Of a stretch of DNA of 64,000 nt, positions 43,272 through 55,080 are shown piece after piece. The translations under genes and the position numbers were made by a program. The stretch lies in the NCBI RefSeq assembly GCF_009914755.1, contig NC_060944.1; one strand, given 5' to 3'. The stretch's first letter is position 1. Each line of letters opens with the position of its first letter. The notes below the pieces were generated by a model that was not told where the DNA came from, did no database searches, and saw nothing but the letters and a program-made list of their open reading frames with translations. This DNA is from the human T2T-CHM13v2.0 reference genome, Homo sapiens.

Positions 43272-43893
43272 AGAAGATCTCCAAGCCACAGGAGGCCATA
43301 GGTTCTGTTTAAATCCTCTTCCATGAGCTGTCTCCACAGCCTGTCCAATGGGCAAGGGGATGCTGAGAACACCCCCTTGGGCTGGGTCAAGGTCTCCCTC
43401 TAATGTCCCCAACTCAGCAACGACAATCACAGGCATCACCTCTTAACTGGTGTAAATTTCTTGCCAGTATCAATTGAGCCTTTTCAGTCCCTCCAATAGG
43501 ACAGGCCTCCCTTTAATCCAAAGGCGAAGAGGGGAGAAGGCACGAAGTGCCCTGCCTCAAGTGGGCAGGTGGCTAGGGTTGCCTTCTCCCCTCTTCCCCT
43601 CTGGGTTAAAGGGAGGCCTGTCCTATTGAAGGGACTGAAAACGCTCAACTTTCAATCTGGGTTTCCTCTTGGAGTGGAGGTGTAGCGCCTTGACACTGGT
43701 GAGAAATTTACATCCAGTGTAAGAGTTGATGCCTGTGATTGCCGCCGCTGAGTTGGGGACATTAGAGGGAGACCTTGACCCAGCCCAAGGGGGTGTTCTC
43801 AGCATCCCCTTGCCCACTGGACAGGCTGTGGAAACAGCTCATGGAAGACAATTTAAACAGAACCTATCGCCTCCTGTGGCTTGGAGATCTTCT
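43272..43893. repeat. Long fold-back palindrome: arms 43272-43542 and 43580-43893, 37-nt loop, 41-nt bulge (43649-43689)
   Basis: Manual alignment gives 17 substitutions and two 1-nt gaps over ~273 paired positions. It is also visible as near-identical peptides in ORFs 43143..43439(-) and 43726..43944(+). Confidence 0.96.
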
Positions 43894-43962
43894 CCCAGCC
43901 ACCTTCTCTGGATATTCCCTTCTCTGACTTTCTGGAAGCTTTGAGGCAGTTGAGGGGAATGA

Positions 43963-44094
43963 ATGTATGGCCCTGTTAGCCTCTGGCTTCCTCCTCTCCT
44001 GCTGGGTTAGGAGAGGTCTGTTTGGGGGATGTGTGGCCCTGTTAGCCTCCAGCATCCTCCTCTCCTTCTGGGTTAGGAGAGCTCCTTTTGGGGG
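43963..44094. repeat. 66-bp tandem duplication (2 diverged units)
   Basis: Units atgt(a/g)tggccctgttagcctc...gggttaggagag...tttggggg start at 43963 and 44029. Confidence 0.9.
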
Positions 44095-45909
44095 CTGCAA
44101 CCTCTCCACAATTGGTGCTCCTTTCCAAGGACCTTGAACAAAAGCACAGGGAAGCTCTTGCTTCAGCTGGAAAACCCATGAGAAAAATCTACCTGTACGA
44201 AGCCAGGGCCTCCACTGCTCCCCTCTTCATCCACAGAGGGTGAGGACACCAGGCTCATCCTTCCAAGACTTCAGGGGGAGGGGCAGGAAAGGGGTCATTT
44301 GGAGAGCAGTGCTGCTCACTCAAGTCTGCAGAAGGCGTCCGCTGGCTGCGGGCTTATGCAAACCTGACCTCCAACCCCAGGGTGAAGACCCGGGTTGTAC
44401 AGAGTGGAGGCAGCTGTGTAAACTGTAGGGTGGGGTATTTATAGCCTTAGTGAGGAGCACCAAACCAGCCTAGAGAGCCTGAGTTAGTGCTGCCGCCCTT
44501 GGCTGTGTTTCTTGTGCCGTTAACTGAGTTTTCCAGACATTCTTTCTCCAGTGTTGCATTCGGCTTTACAAGACTCAGTTTCTTCATCTGCAAATGGGAG
44601 GCTGTTGCCATGGCCCTCTGAGTGCTTCAGCCAGATGGTTCTCTGCATCCCAGTTTTCAAAAAGAAAAGCAGTATTCCAGTTCACAGGGAGGGGAGAGTT
44701 AATACGTCCTCTCAAAAGGAGCTGCTATGCCCCTAAGGCCACTTCCCTGGGCTCCTGGAGCTCTGGGACAGGTGAGAAACACATACCTGAGCTTTGCAGT
44801 CAGCTCTGGCCTAGGGTCCTGGCTTGGCTGCTTACCTGCATCAGCATTCCCTGCAAGAGGATGGAGTGAGATGGTATAGGAAGGGTGCTTGGCACATAAT
44901 AAGGGGCATAAAAGATAATTTTGCTGATGATGCAGCAAACTTCCTCATCTGCTGCCACCGCGGTGTCTGAAGGAGTTAAACCTCTTATCAGAGAGCAGGC
45001 AGCTCCACCTCTCCACCAGGCCTGGGGCTAGTGTTTGGGAAGGGTTTGCAAGCCCTGTGGGACAAGGTTCACATAGGAGACAGTGTTAGGGTGAAGGCTG
45101 CTAGTCAAGGCTGTTTGTCAGGGGGCATGCAGGGAGATCCATTCTTGGTGTCAGAAATCCTTGGGCTCTCTAAGCCCCAGTTGTGGGGAGGAGGGCGGTA
45201 GGGGAGGAGGAGGGAGGAGAGCACAAAAGGGTGAGCACACAGCTCTGTAATGGAAACTTGGCGTCCAGCCTCACTTTGTGTCCTTCCTTAGTGCATGCGG
45301 CTTGCTTTTCGAGTTGAGAGCTTGGTTTCCTCCCCTTCTAGCCAACATCCCGTGCTATCCCCATGGCCCACTCCTGTCCCCTCTTCTTAGAGCCTGCAGT
45401 CCTGCAGACTGCCTCCACCCGTGACATGTGACATGTGAGCCTGCTGCCTCCCCTCTTCATCCCCTACCCCTCCCCTGACTAATTAGGCCAACATGCAACT
45501 TCCAGGGCCTGGCAGATGAGGAGCCAAGAATGCCATGGACAGGGGCCAAGTGTTTTTGTTGACATTGCTCAAGTATAGCTTTGTGGAGCGGCCTCTTTGC
45601 TGTAGCAGAGAAATCCAAGGAAGCTGGAGAGGTGAGCGAGGGGAGAGCAGGGAGGATAGCCAGTGTGGGCGCCTCTCCGTATCCCCTTCACCTTCCCACC
45701 CTCCAAGCCTTCCCAGCTGCCCACCCTCTGCCCCTCCTCCCTAAGTGCAAGAAGATAGCCCTCCATGTCATAATTTGTGGGACCAGCCCAGTCTCTAGGA
45801 AATCACACTGAGCAGAGTGAGTTGCACGCAGTGGGACTTTAGAAGTGTCTTATTTCTTCGTTTGTGAACCTTTCATGGGGGATGCTCGTCCTCACTGCTG
45901 TTCCCAATT

Positions 45910-46523
45910 CAGTCACATGTCCCTTAACAGTGGGGATATGTTCTGAGAAATGCACTGTTAGGCGATTTTGTTCTTGTACCAACATCACAGAATGTATTTA
46001 CATAAATCTGGATGGTATAGCCTATTGCTCCTAGGCTAAAAACCTGTACGGCAAGTGACTGACTGTACTGAACACTGTAGGCAGTTGTAACACAGTGGTA
46101 AATATGTATGTATCTAAACATATCTAAATACAGCAAAGGGACAGTAAAAATATGGTGTTAAAATCTTATGGGGCTGACTGTGGTGGCTCGTGCGTATAAT
46201 CCCAGCACTTTAGGAGGTCGAGGTGGGAGGATCACTTGAGGCCAGGAGTTTGAGACCAGCCTGGGCAACATAGTGAGACTCTGTCTCTACAAAAAATAAT
46301 AAAATTAGCTGGATGTGGTGGCATGCACCTGCAGTCCTAGATACTGGGGAGGCTGAGGCAGGAGGATCATGTGAGCCTCGGAGTTTGAGGCTGCAGTGCA
46401 CCATTGCACTCCTGCCTGGGCAACAGAGCCAGACCATGTCTCTAATTAAAAAAAAAAAAAATTGACCACTCTTATATATGCCCTCCGACGCTGACAGAAA
46501 TGTCATTTTGCAGTGCATGACTG
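45910..46523. mobile_element. Tigger3/Golem (MER7-like) DNA transposon interrupted by an Alu
   Basis: Termini cagtcacatg... and ...gcatgactg(ta), with internal ggatggtatagcctattgctcctaggcta. Confidence 0.8.
46172..46461 (+). mobile_element. AluJ-like element
   Basis: Dimeric Alu with A tail, inside the Tigger3 relic. Confidence 0.9.
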
Positions 46524-47383
46524 TAATTTCTGAGGAAACAACCATCTTTGAAATAAGACCAGTGAGACTTATTTACCTCTTCACTGCTAGCCTATTATAA
46601 GGTGCAGGCTGCATTATTGAGCTACTTTACTATAGCTGTATAATTAAACCAGGATGGATTTCATCCTATCCCAGGATCTACCAAGAATTTGTCCTTTGAG
46701 GTCACTATACCTGGGTTCAAATCCTCATTCTGCTACTTGCTCACTGTGTGACCTTGGGCAAGATATTTAACCTCTCTGCCTATCAATTTCCTTATTTACA
46801 AAATGGAACTAGTATTTCCATGTAGGGTTTTCATCCATGAAGATGAAACATGGTGAAGAATGGAAAGGTTTCTGCACATCACAGACATTCAGTGAATGGA
46901 AGCCATGCTAACTACGAAATGATAGTTGATGTAGCCACGGATTGGCTCTGATCTTAGGCAAATTGCTTATCCTCTGACTTATGTACTCTAAAAGTAAATT
47001 GACCCTAGAACCAACTGCCTCTTCCTAGCTCAGCAGGAGTTTTGTGAGGACAAATGAACTGTGCTATAATATTGTCAAACTTGGTTCTCTGTGGGAAGGA
47101 AATGGATGCAATGCATTGCTTCATCATTCTTCTTTTCTCAGACTCTGGTCTCTGTGTTATTACATCAGCCATCAGTGGTCAAATACACTTTTGTTGAGAT
47201 AAAAGTTTGCAGGTTTTGGAATCCAGAGGTGCTGCCTTAAGAGTCTAATTCCTGAAGATATTGAATCATTATGTTTAAAAATCCTCTAATTTTCTGCTAC
47301 AATAGCTGGCTTTATTTTTACATCTCTTAATTGGTATCAGCTTTTCTCTCAGAATTACGGAACCATGGAAACTTGGCATATGA

Positions 47384-47706
47384 AGGAACTTTGGAAGTCA
47401 TTGGAAGGGATACTCCTGCTTCTTTTTAAATCTTTGGGGTCTTCCTGAGCATTAAGATTACAGTACCACAAAGCATTTCTCCTTGACCCAGAGAACAGTG
47501 GAATGGCCACGCTGCTGGCCACAGCATGACTCTCTCTTTAGGTACTGTGTAGATGGGCAGATGCCGTGGTGCTCGACCGATATTACTTGGTTCTGACCTC
47601 TTCAATGCCAGCTGGCACAGTGCAGCTTCTAGCACCTTCCTGTCATTGCCCAAGGCCTTTTTCTGGGCATCACCTTGGACATCCATGTGGCAGATTAGAA
47701 ATGCTG
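47384..47706. repeat. Inverted repeat left arm (323 bp)
   Basis: Reverse complement of 49323-49645 with 4 mismatches (47512, 47546, 47555, 47579). Confidence 0.97.
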
Positions 47707-48009
47707 GGGGATTATGTCCTCTTTCATCAGCTTCAACCAATGTTAGACTAGGAGTAGGTGGATGAATACCTAAGCTTCCTCACATCTTAGGTGTCTGAGA
47801 TGCATGTCTACGCTGGCCCCCAAAGCTATCCAGAGAGATCAGTTTCTAGTTATTCATGATGGCAACTGACTTAAAGTGCACCTACTATTAGCATTTCCTG
47901 TCCTACTCTGCTCTTCTACCGATTCTTCTTAGGATCACCTCCCGTATAAACCACCTTCTCACAAATCCTTCTCTCAGGGGCTGCTTCTGGGGAAACCCAG
48001 CCTGAAACA
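47550..48009 (+). mobile_element. ERVL-type LTR relic (LTR16/LTR33-like); its 5' part lies inside the inverted-repeat left arm
   Basis: Ends ggatcacctcccgtataaaccacc...caaatccttctctcaggggctgcttctggggaaacccagcctgaaaca. The 5' end (gcagatgccgtggtgc) is approximate. Confidence 0.6.
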
Positions 48010-48984
48010 GAGGGGATGCCCTTCTCCACACTTTCAGATTATTTGTGATAATATGGGAGTTTAAGGCTACTAACCTTAACGTTTCTTCATGAGGTTTTGA
48101 AACTTTTTTGTCTCTGTTCATCACTATTCTTAACCATTAGAATCCACCATTCAGGTTATCCAAACTACACAAATGCCTTGCTTTAACCTCGAATTATCTT
48201 TGATATTGTCCTCATAATCTGGGCTAAGCTGATACATGTGGCCGCCATGTAGAATTTTGTATTTCAAGAGTCTGAAATTATTGTTTCTTTTCATTAGACT
48301 CCACATCCTTCCTCCATTTTTTGGGGAAAAAAACCTGGGGGGCTCTCCTGGATGATATGCATAAACTGTAATTTGATATCTTGCTAAATTTACATGTGGA
48401 AGCAGGGTCTGTGTTTGAGGAAGACCTCAGTTCATGAGCTACTGATATTATGTGCATCATGTTAGCTTAGGTGAGGTGCCCACAGGCATTGTGATTTCCA
48501 GACACTTCCATGAGTCTCACTTTCTCCACCTAAAAAGTGGGACTAATTATTTCAACACATACCTACTGAGTACCTACCCTGAGCCAGCAGTGATCAGGTG
48601 CTGGAGAGGCAATGTCCACACTCTCCTTCTTTCTTGAGCGGTGTTGTGAGGTTTGAATTCAGTAACGAAGGAGAAATCATTTGGGAAACTGAATCACTGT
48701 GGAAGTAGAGGAGAGGGCAGAATGCCCTCCAGCTCTTCAGTGACCACTTCAGACACCGTGTTGGTGTGGCTGGGTGCACCATGTGGCCTTGTGTGAAGGC
48801 CACTGGGCCCATGGGTTAGGCCCACGTCTTGTGTTTCCATCCGTTTTCCGCCCGCAGCAACTTTGGACATTCAAGAGGCAGCATTGCCTCAGGTCCCTTC
48901 TTCAGTGCCAAGCCCCTGGGAAGAGCCACTTTTGCAGCTTGGCTTACTGTCTGTGTCTCCCCATGGCCCCATGAAGCCAGGCCC

Positions 48985-49800
48985 CACCTGTCATGTTTCT
49001 GCCTTCATCTTACCTGATCTGTCCATGGTGGTCAAGGCTGTTGGCTACACCTTCCTTCCTGAAATTCTCTTTCTGCTTACCTTCCACGACACCTGCTTTC
49101 CTTGCTCTTTTCCTTCCTTTCATGATCCCTTCCTGTATCCTTTTGCTCTGTCTCCTCTCTGAAGGATATTGTGTTCTTCCATTCCTTCTCCCTGGTGCCC
49201 CCTCTTCTCCACCGGGAGACCCCATTCATACATGTGCCTCCCACCCTTCCCTATTGCTGATGACTTCCCTGAGGCTTGCTGTGGCTCTACTTTTCTGCCC
49301 GAGGTTCCTCCACTCACATTTGCAGCATTTCTAATCTGCCACATGGATGTCCAAGGTGATGCCCAGAAAAAGGCCTTGGGCAATGACAGGAAGGTGCTAG
49401 AAGCTGCACTGTGCCAGCTGGCATTGAAGAGGTCAGAACCAAGTAATATGGGTCGAGCACCACGGCATCTGCCTATCTACACGGTACCTAAAGAGAGAGT
49501 CATGCTGTGGCCAGCAACGTGGCCATTCCACTGTTCTCTGGGTCAAGGAGAAATGCTTTGTGGTACTGTAATCTTAATGCTCAGGAAGACCCCAAAGATT
49601 TAAAAAGAAGCAGGAGTATCCCTTCCAATGACTTCCAAAGTTCCTCCCTTTCCGTGCTCTGTAGGCTCTTCAAACTCAGCATGCCCCAAACAGAATGCAC
49701 TGCACTGGCCCCTTCAGTGTGCTCTTTAGCCTGTGTTCTTTCTTCTGGCACCTCCAACCCCACAGTCATTGCAGCCCTGAGCCCTGTTACCTGCTCTCCC
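48985..49800 (+). mobile_element. L2 fragment interrupted by the inverted-repeat right arm
   Basis: ttcatcttacctgatctgtcc...ccttccttcctgaaattctc before the arm and ctcttcaaactcagcatgccccaaacagaa after it are colinear L2 motifs. Confidence 0.65.
49323..49645. repeat. Inverted repeat right arm (323 bp)
   Basis: Reverse complement of 47384-47706 at 98.8% identity. Confidence 0.97.
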
Positions 49801-49994
49801 AACCTACTGTTTCCTAGTTCGTGCCTTCATCTCTTGTTCATTGAAAACATGCTGTGTGGCACTCATGAACCTATGCTTTGGGGATGGCAAATTATGTCTT
49901 TGCTTGATAACCCCCAGAAGCAGATCCTGATGTATGTTCAATGGTGGGTGGTTCATTTGGGGGCTGATTTCAGGAGATACTGGCAGGGGCTAGA

Positions 49995-50202
49995 CCTCGG
50001 TGGGCTGGAGCCAGCTCTTATTGACTCAGTGGAGCTGATTGTGTCCATCTCTTCCGAATACCATTTTCAATGATGTCATGTGGGCAGCTTGGCATTGGCT
50101 ACAATGGGAATATTGACACCACAGAAGTTGGCCAGTGGCTGCAAAACAGGGCTTTTCTCCCCCTTCGAGATTTGGTTGTTAAACATTTCTCAGCATGTCA
50201 CT
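49995..50202. mobile_element. MER63-like hAT element nested in an antisense LTR relic (~49893-50360)
   Basis: gctggagccagctc... and terminal ggttgttaaacatttctcagcatgtcactg. Confidence 0.6.
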
Positions 50203-50507
50203 GGGAGCAGGGAATTGAGACAGGGAAGTGGGGGCAGTTGATCAAGTGTGCTTTATCAAGAGAGTTACACAGTAGACAACTGGAGCTTGATCCCACTGGG
50301 AAGAATCTAGAATCCAGCTTAGAACATACACCTCAAAGTCATCCCACTGGTGCGGCAAGGAAGCCTTCAGGCAGCTAGAGGCAGAGTGGCTGGGGGTGCA
50401 GGCGGGGCTGAACAAGTGATGGCTGATCAGGGCAGCGGGCATGCAGCGTCGGCAGAGGCTGAAACCCAGCTGTGAATGATGTGTGGTTATTGTCTTTGTC
50501 TCCCCAG

Positions 50508-50636
50508 AGCTTGACCTCATGGACCTCATAGGGGAAGACAGAAAGTGGATGATGGCGAGGAAGCTGATGCAGGTGAACGACACTCTGACTTCCGAAGATG
50601 CCGGACTCCGGAACAGCAAGAACTGCACCGAACCAG
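50508..50636 (+). CDS. SLC24A3: SLC24A3 (NCKX3) internal coding exon 2, N-terminal extracellular segment, approx. residues 48-91
   Basis: Polypyrimidine acceptor ttgtctttgtctccccAG (AG at 50506-50507) and donor G|gtaaca (GT at 50637). The exon is 129 bp, phase 1-1. Translation (E)LDLMDLIGEDRKWMMARKLMQVNDTLTSEDAGLRNSKNCTEP matches the human NCKX3 N-terminus as I recall it, with N-glycosylation sequons NDT and NCT. CpGs are locally retained. Confidence 0.96.
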
Positions 50637-51295
50637 GTAACAGTGCTGACTACTCATGGGCAGCAGCTGTCATTTTCTCTGGCTATGGCTGAGGAAGAGC
50701 CAGCTGCTGTGTGTTTTCTTAGAATTTTAATCCAGAAAGCCTCCAAAGATGTTTAGGATGGGAGTCTAAGAAACTTTCAGGTGACATCCTGAGGGACTAT
50801 TAAGTTGTGTTTTGACCTCTGTGTTCATTTTCTACTGGAGCTGGGGGTAAGTCAGAGACAGTGACACTCCTGATGCGGTACTGAGATCAGATGTGGAGGC
50901 TGGTGCTGCCAAGTGAGAAACCAAGGCAGGAGCAGGATGGGTGAGGATATTTTGTGGTTACCTTTGCTTTGATTGCTTTGGTCCTCTTTGGCTGGTTTTT
51001 AATCAGGAACTTTGTTTCTATCACAGTAGAGACACAGGGATTGGGCCGGATCGTCACTCACGATGTTGAACTTCTTGGAAGAGGCGAATATTAATTTATT
51101 GGTTGTGAGATTTGATATCTATTATGCCATTCCCCAGAAATATATATGGAACATTCTATCTCTAATGTTACTAAACAGAAAAAGAAAACAAAGCAGATCA
51201 AAGGGAATGAGGAGCTGTGAGGACCCAGCCCACCAAGCCTCAGGGACGTGACAGGCATCCCTCTGGATGAATGAAGTCCCTGAAGGTTTAGACCT

Positions 51296-51493
51296 GGAGT
51301 CAGTAAACTTGTTCTGGAAAGGGCCAGACAGTAAATACTGTAGGCTTTGCAGGCCACATATCGCATCTGTAGTGTATTCTTAAAATAATTTTTTATAATG
51401 CTTTATCAATTTAAAAAGCATTCTTATCTCACAGGTTGTACCAAAACAGGCGGTGGGATGGAGTAGGTCTGTAGCCATATTTTGCTGCTTTGA
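51296..51493. mobile_element. MER58-like hAT MITE
   Basis: aaagggccagacagtaaatactgtaggctttgcaggccacata. Confidence 0.8.
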
Positions 51494-52884
51494 CTTGGAC
51501 CTCGAAGCTCTCTGGGGCTTTCTGTCCTTGCCTGGTGGGGACTTGGCCTCATGTGTGCCACTGTCAAGGGCCCAGGAGCTCAATGACATGCTGATCCTAC
51601 ATCCAAAGGTCTGTCTCATCTTTAGTGTCAGCACGGAAGGATATAAACAATCTCCATTGCAGCCCAAACAACTACAGGCTGTTGAGTACAGAAGACATGT
51701 CAGAGAATTGCAGGTCTGCGATCTATTGGGAAGATGGGTGGGAGTGCCCTTCCCACCATACTTAGACTCTTAACAATCAGCTTTCAAGCAAAGCTGGAAA
51801 GAATTAAAAATAGTTATCTGCCCTGCCTCCACCACCACCACCAGAAAAACAAAAACAAAAACAAACAAAAAAAATACCCTACGTAGTCTATGTTCCTCAA
51901 CCTGGAGAATCCAAGGGTTACTGTGGCTGTTGTTCCATGCTCACAAGGAGCATTTTTCACTTGAAAGTGAAGCAGCACATGGGCAGCTACGTGAGTTAGA
52001 AATGAAAATGGGTATGAAGGGTCCAAGTGCCCCACTGAGGGACTGAACCACGTGTACTTTAAGAAGCAGAGATTTCCAAGGACTAGCCTGAAAAGGCATA
52101 GCAGGGAAGGCACAGCTTCTGTGCCAAGAACAGATCTGGTCCTGTAGTCAAATAGTTTTCAACATCTTTCTCCAACTAATAAGCTAATTAGGATTAATCA
52201 GCTAATAGTATTAGAAAGCCCAGGTATCACTTCTGGTATGGGAAAGAATGGAATCAGACAGGACATGGTGACCAGCTCTGAGCATTAGGTTCAGCCATAT
52301 GCAGAACCAGCAAGGATGGGGGGATTCTGTTCCCTGTTGCTGGGGTGTGTTTTGGGGGCAGGTGGTTGGTCTCTCTGTGAGTAGCATTGCTCACTGTATT
52401 GGGAAATACCGTTCTCAGAGTGACAGATGTAGAAGCATAAAGCACATTCAAAGTCATTCCAAGAGTGGAAATAACTCAGCCTCACAGATAGAAAAGAAAA
52501 TGTCTAGGTAGATAAAAAGAACGTGAACCCGGGATCTGCCTGTGTTGGCAGGGGCCACACAGGGAAAGGGAGGAGAGGAAAGGCTTCAGGAGGAATATGG
52601 GAGGAAGCAAAAGCAAGCTGAGTCATGCTGCGAAAAGCAGGTCCAAAGGGAATATGGATCCAGGAGGGACAATCTTGATTTCCTTACCTGCAGACCAAAA
52701 GAACCGGGCTTGGTTTCTGAGGCCCTTGATTCAGAACCAAATTCCACAAGGAAGATGATCATGCCTGAAACAGGAGAAGTTCTGTTCAAATCCTAACACA
52801 TCAAGGGCTGGGTCAGAGCCCACGTGCTTCATGAAGCTTGCTTGGACCACCCCAGACTGCAGCATTCTTTTCTGACTGCTGCTG

Positions 52885-53085
52885 GTATAAAATGTCTCCA
52901 CATGTGCTGTTAAATATGGACATTCAATGGCAATTTCAATTCAAGTGAATTCAAACCAACTAAAATTAAATATTCAGATTCTCAGTTGCACCAACTACAT
53001 GTCAAATACTCGATAGTTGGATCACAGATGACAGCACAGGTCCCAAAACATTTCCATCATCACAGAAAGAGCTATTGGACAGGGT
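52885..53085. mobile_element. MER3/MER33-like relic
   Basis: taaaattaaatattcagattctcagttgcacc...catttccatcatcacagaaagagctattggacag. Confidence 0.7.
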
Positions 53086-54711
53086 GGTCAGAACTTGCAG
53101 TTGTCTTTGGATGTATCTCCTGTCTTTCCAGCCCAATTGCAAACATCTCAAGGGTGTAGAGCAAATATGTAAATCTGAGGGCCTTATCTCTACCCCGGGT
53201 CTTAGAGTCACACTGACCTGAAGCTGTGGACTTTGGCCAAATAGCCAGGTTCTCAGAGTCTCTGTGTGCTTCTCTAGAAGTTGACATCATCATTCTGATC
53301 TTTCATGATTGCTGTGAGAATTACTAATAAAGTGTGGACAGCTTAGTGCCCTGGGTTTGATGGCACTGTAGTAGGAGTGTATTCGTGAATTTCCCACCCT
53401 CTGTCCTGGGGCATCATTACGGGTGGGGCACAGTGCAAGATTCCTAGAGCAACATTCTCCAGCTACTCCCTGCAGAGCGAGTCTGTCAGCAGGCCACACC
53501 GCAGGTAGCTCAGGTCTAAACAGACCGTCATCTAGACAGGAGGCTTCAGTACCATCTTCCCATGTAGGCAAGCCCTGAAGACCTCAGGCTTGGCAATGAA
53601 TGCCATCATCTCTGCTGCATTGACTATTTCTAACAACAGGATCAGAACATTGCCACAGACACATGTGAGCCCTGGTTACCTCCATGCCCTTACCAGAATG
53701 CTGTCGAAGCTGGCTCCTCGGTCTGGACTGGACAGATATTTTATGAAAAAAGTTGAGAGCCAAAGCACCCATAAGGTCCTGATTTAGAAGCATCATTTTA
53801 ATAATATTCATCTTCTCTGCCTCTAACTTGTTGTTGGGTGAAATGGTTGAGCAGGAGTGAGGTGAGGGCAGGTTCATTCTAAAACTTTGTTCAGTTTTCC
53901 TTAAGAGGCCCTGGGCACAATGAATACTACTTGTGCTGGTTAAATATAGTGCCATCTGCCCTCGAAAATCTTAAATAGAGAGGCTAGGAAGTGAGCCCTG
54001 TGGTTCCTGGACTCTCTCCCTTCCTATTTATGATGATGTCAGCGGCAGCAGTACACTTAACAGAGCCTACGGAGCAGGCTTCCCTCTGTGCTTGGAGGAG
54101 TGAAGATTTACACAGGGACTTGAGTGTTTGGGGTGCAGTGTGTGTCCTGGCTGTCTGAGTTATGGTGGCAAGGTCACAGGCAGGAGTTAATTTGGCATTT
54201 GTCATAAAGTACACCCAGCTGCCACTTGTGATGTCATGGGGCTTCTCAGACTGCTGTCAGAAGCCCTGGCTTTAGATGCTATTAGAGGAAGCCTGTAGAT
54301 TCAGAGACTGGAGACAGAGTTACCTCTATTCTGGTTATATTCCCTGTTGGGGCATGATTCTGGTTTGCCTCTCAGATTACCATTTCCTCACCTACAAAAT
54401 AGATCTTCAACTACATTTATCCCTTCCCTTGCACACATCCATTTATTCCAAGAAATTTCAAGAATAGAAATTCAAGAAAACTTCTTCCCCTTGACACTCT
54501 CCCATTTCCCTTAATAACTGCTGTGTTTGCAGAATTCCATGCCATACCTCAAGCCTTCCTCTACTCCCTCTCCCCTCCTCCCCTTCCCTCTGCCCTGCCT
54601 TCTCCCTTTCTCTCTGTCTGAAAACCAGGAGCACAGAGTGCCCAGTTTTGGTGCCAGAGAAAGCCCAGGGTGCTGTCTTCTTATGACAGCTGCTACTTTA
54701 AGGATATATTA

Positions 54712-55080
<369 letters not shown>

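Noticed and set aside
43143-43944. Two ORFs on opposite strands with near-identical peptides (MMPVI..ELGTLEGDLDPAQGG..), suggesting paralogous microproteins
   Set aside because: A by-product of the DNA palindrome. They have non-ATG starts, divergent tails and no recognisable homology.
47426-49603. Paired ORFs sharing AFLICHMDVQGDAQKKALGNDRKV...
   Set aside because: Explained by the 323-bp inverted repeat and partly LTR/L2-derived. No coding evidence.
49507-50073. Longest ORF in the track (188 aa)
   Set aside because: It crosses the inverted-repeat arm, L2, LTR and MER63 relics, and has no recognisable domain.
50483-50692. 69-aa ORF taken as a standalone gene
   Set aside because: Only 50508-50636 is the spliced SLC24A3 exon. 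The flanks are intron read-through.
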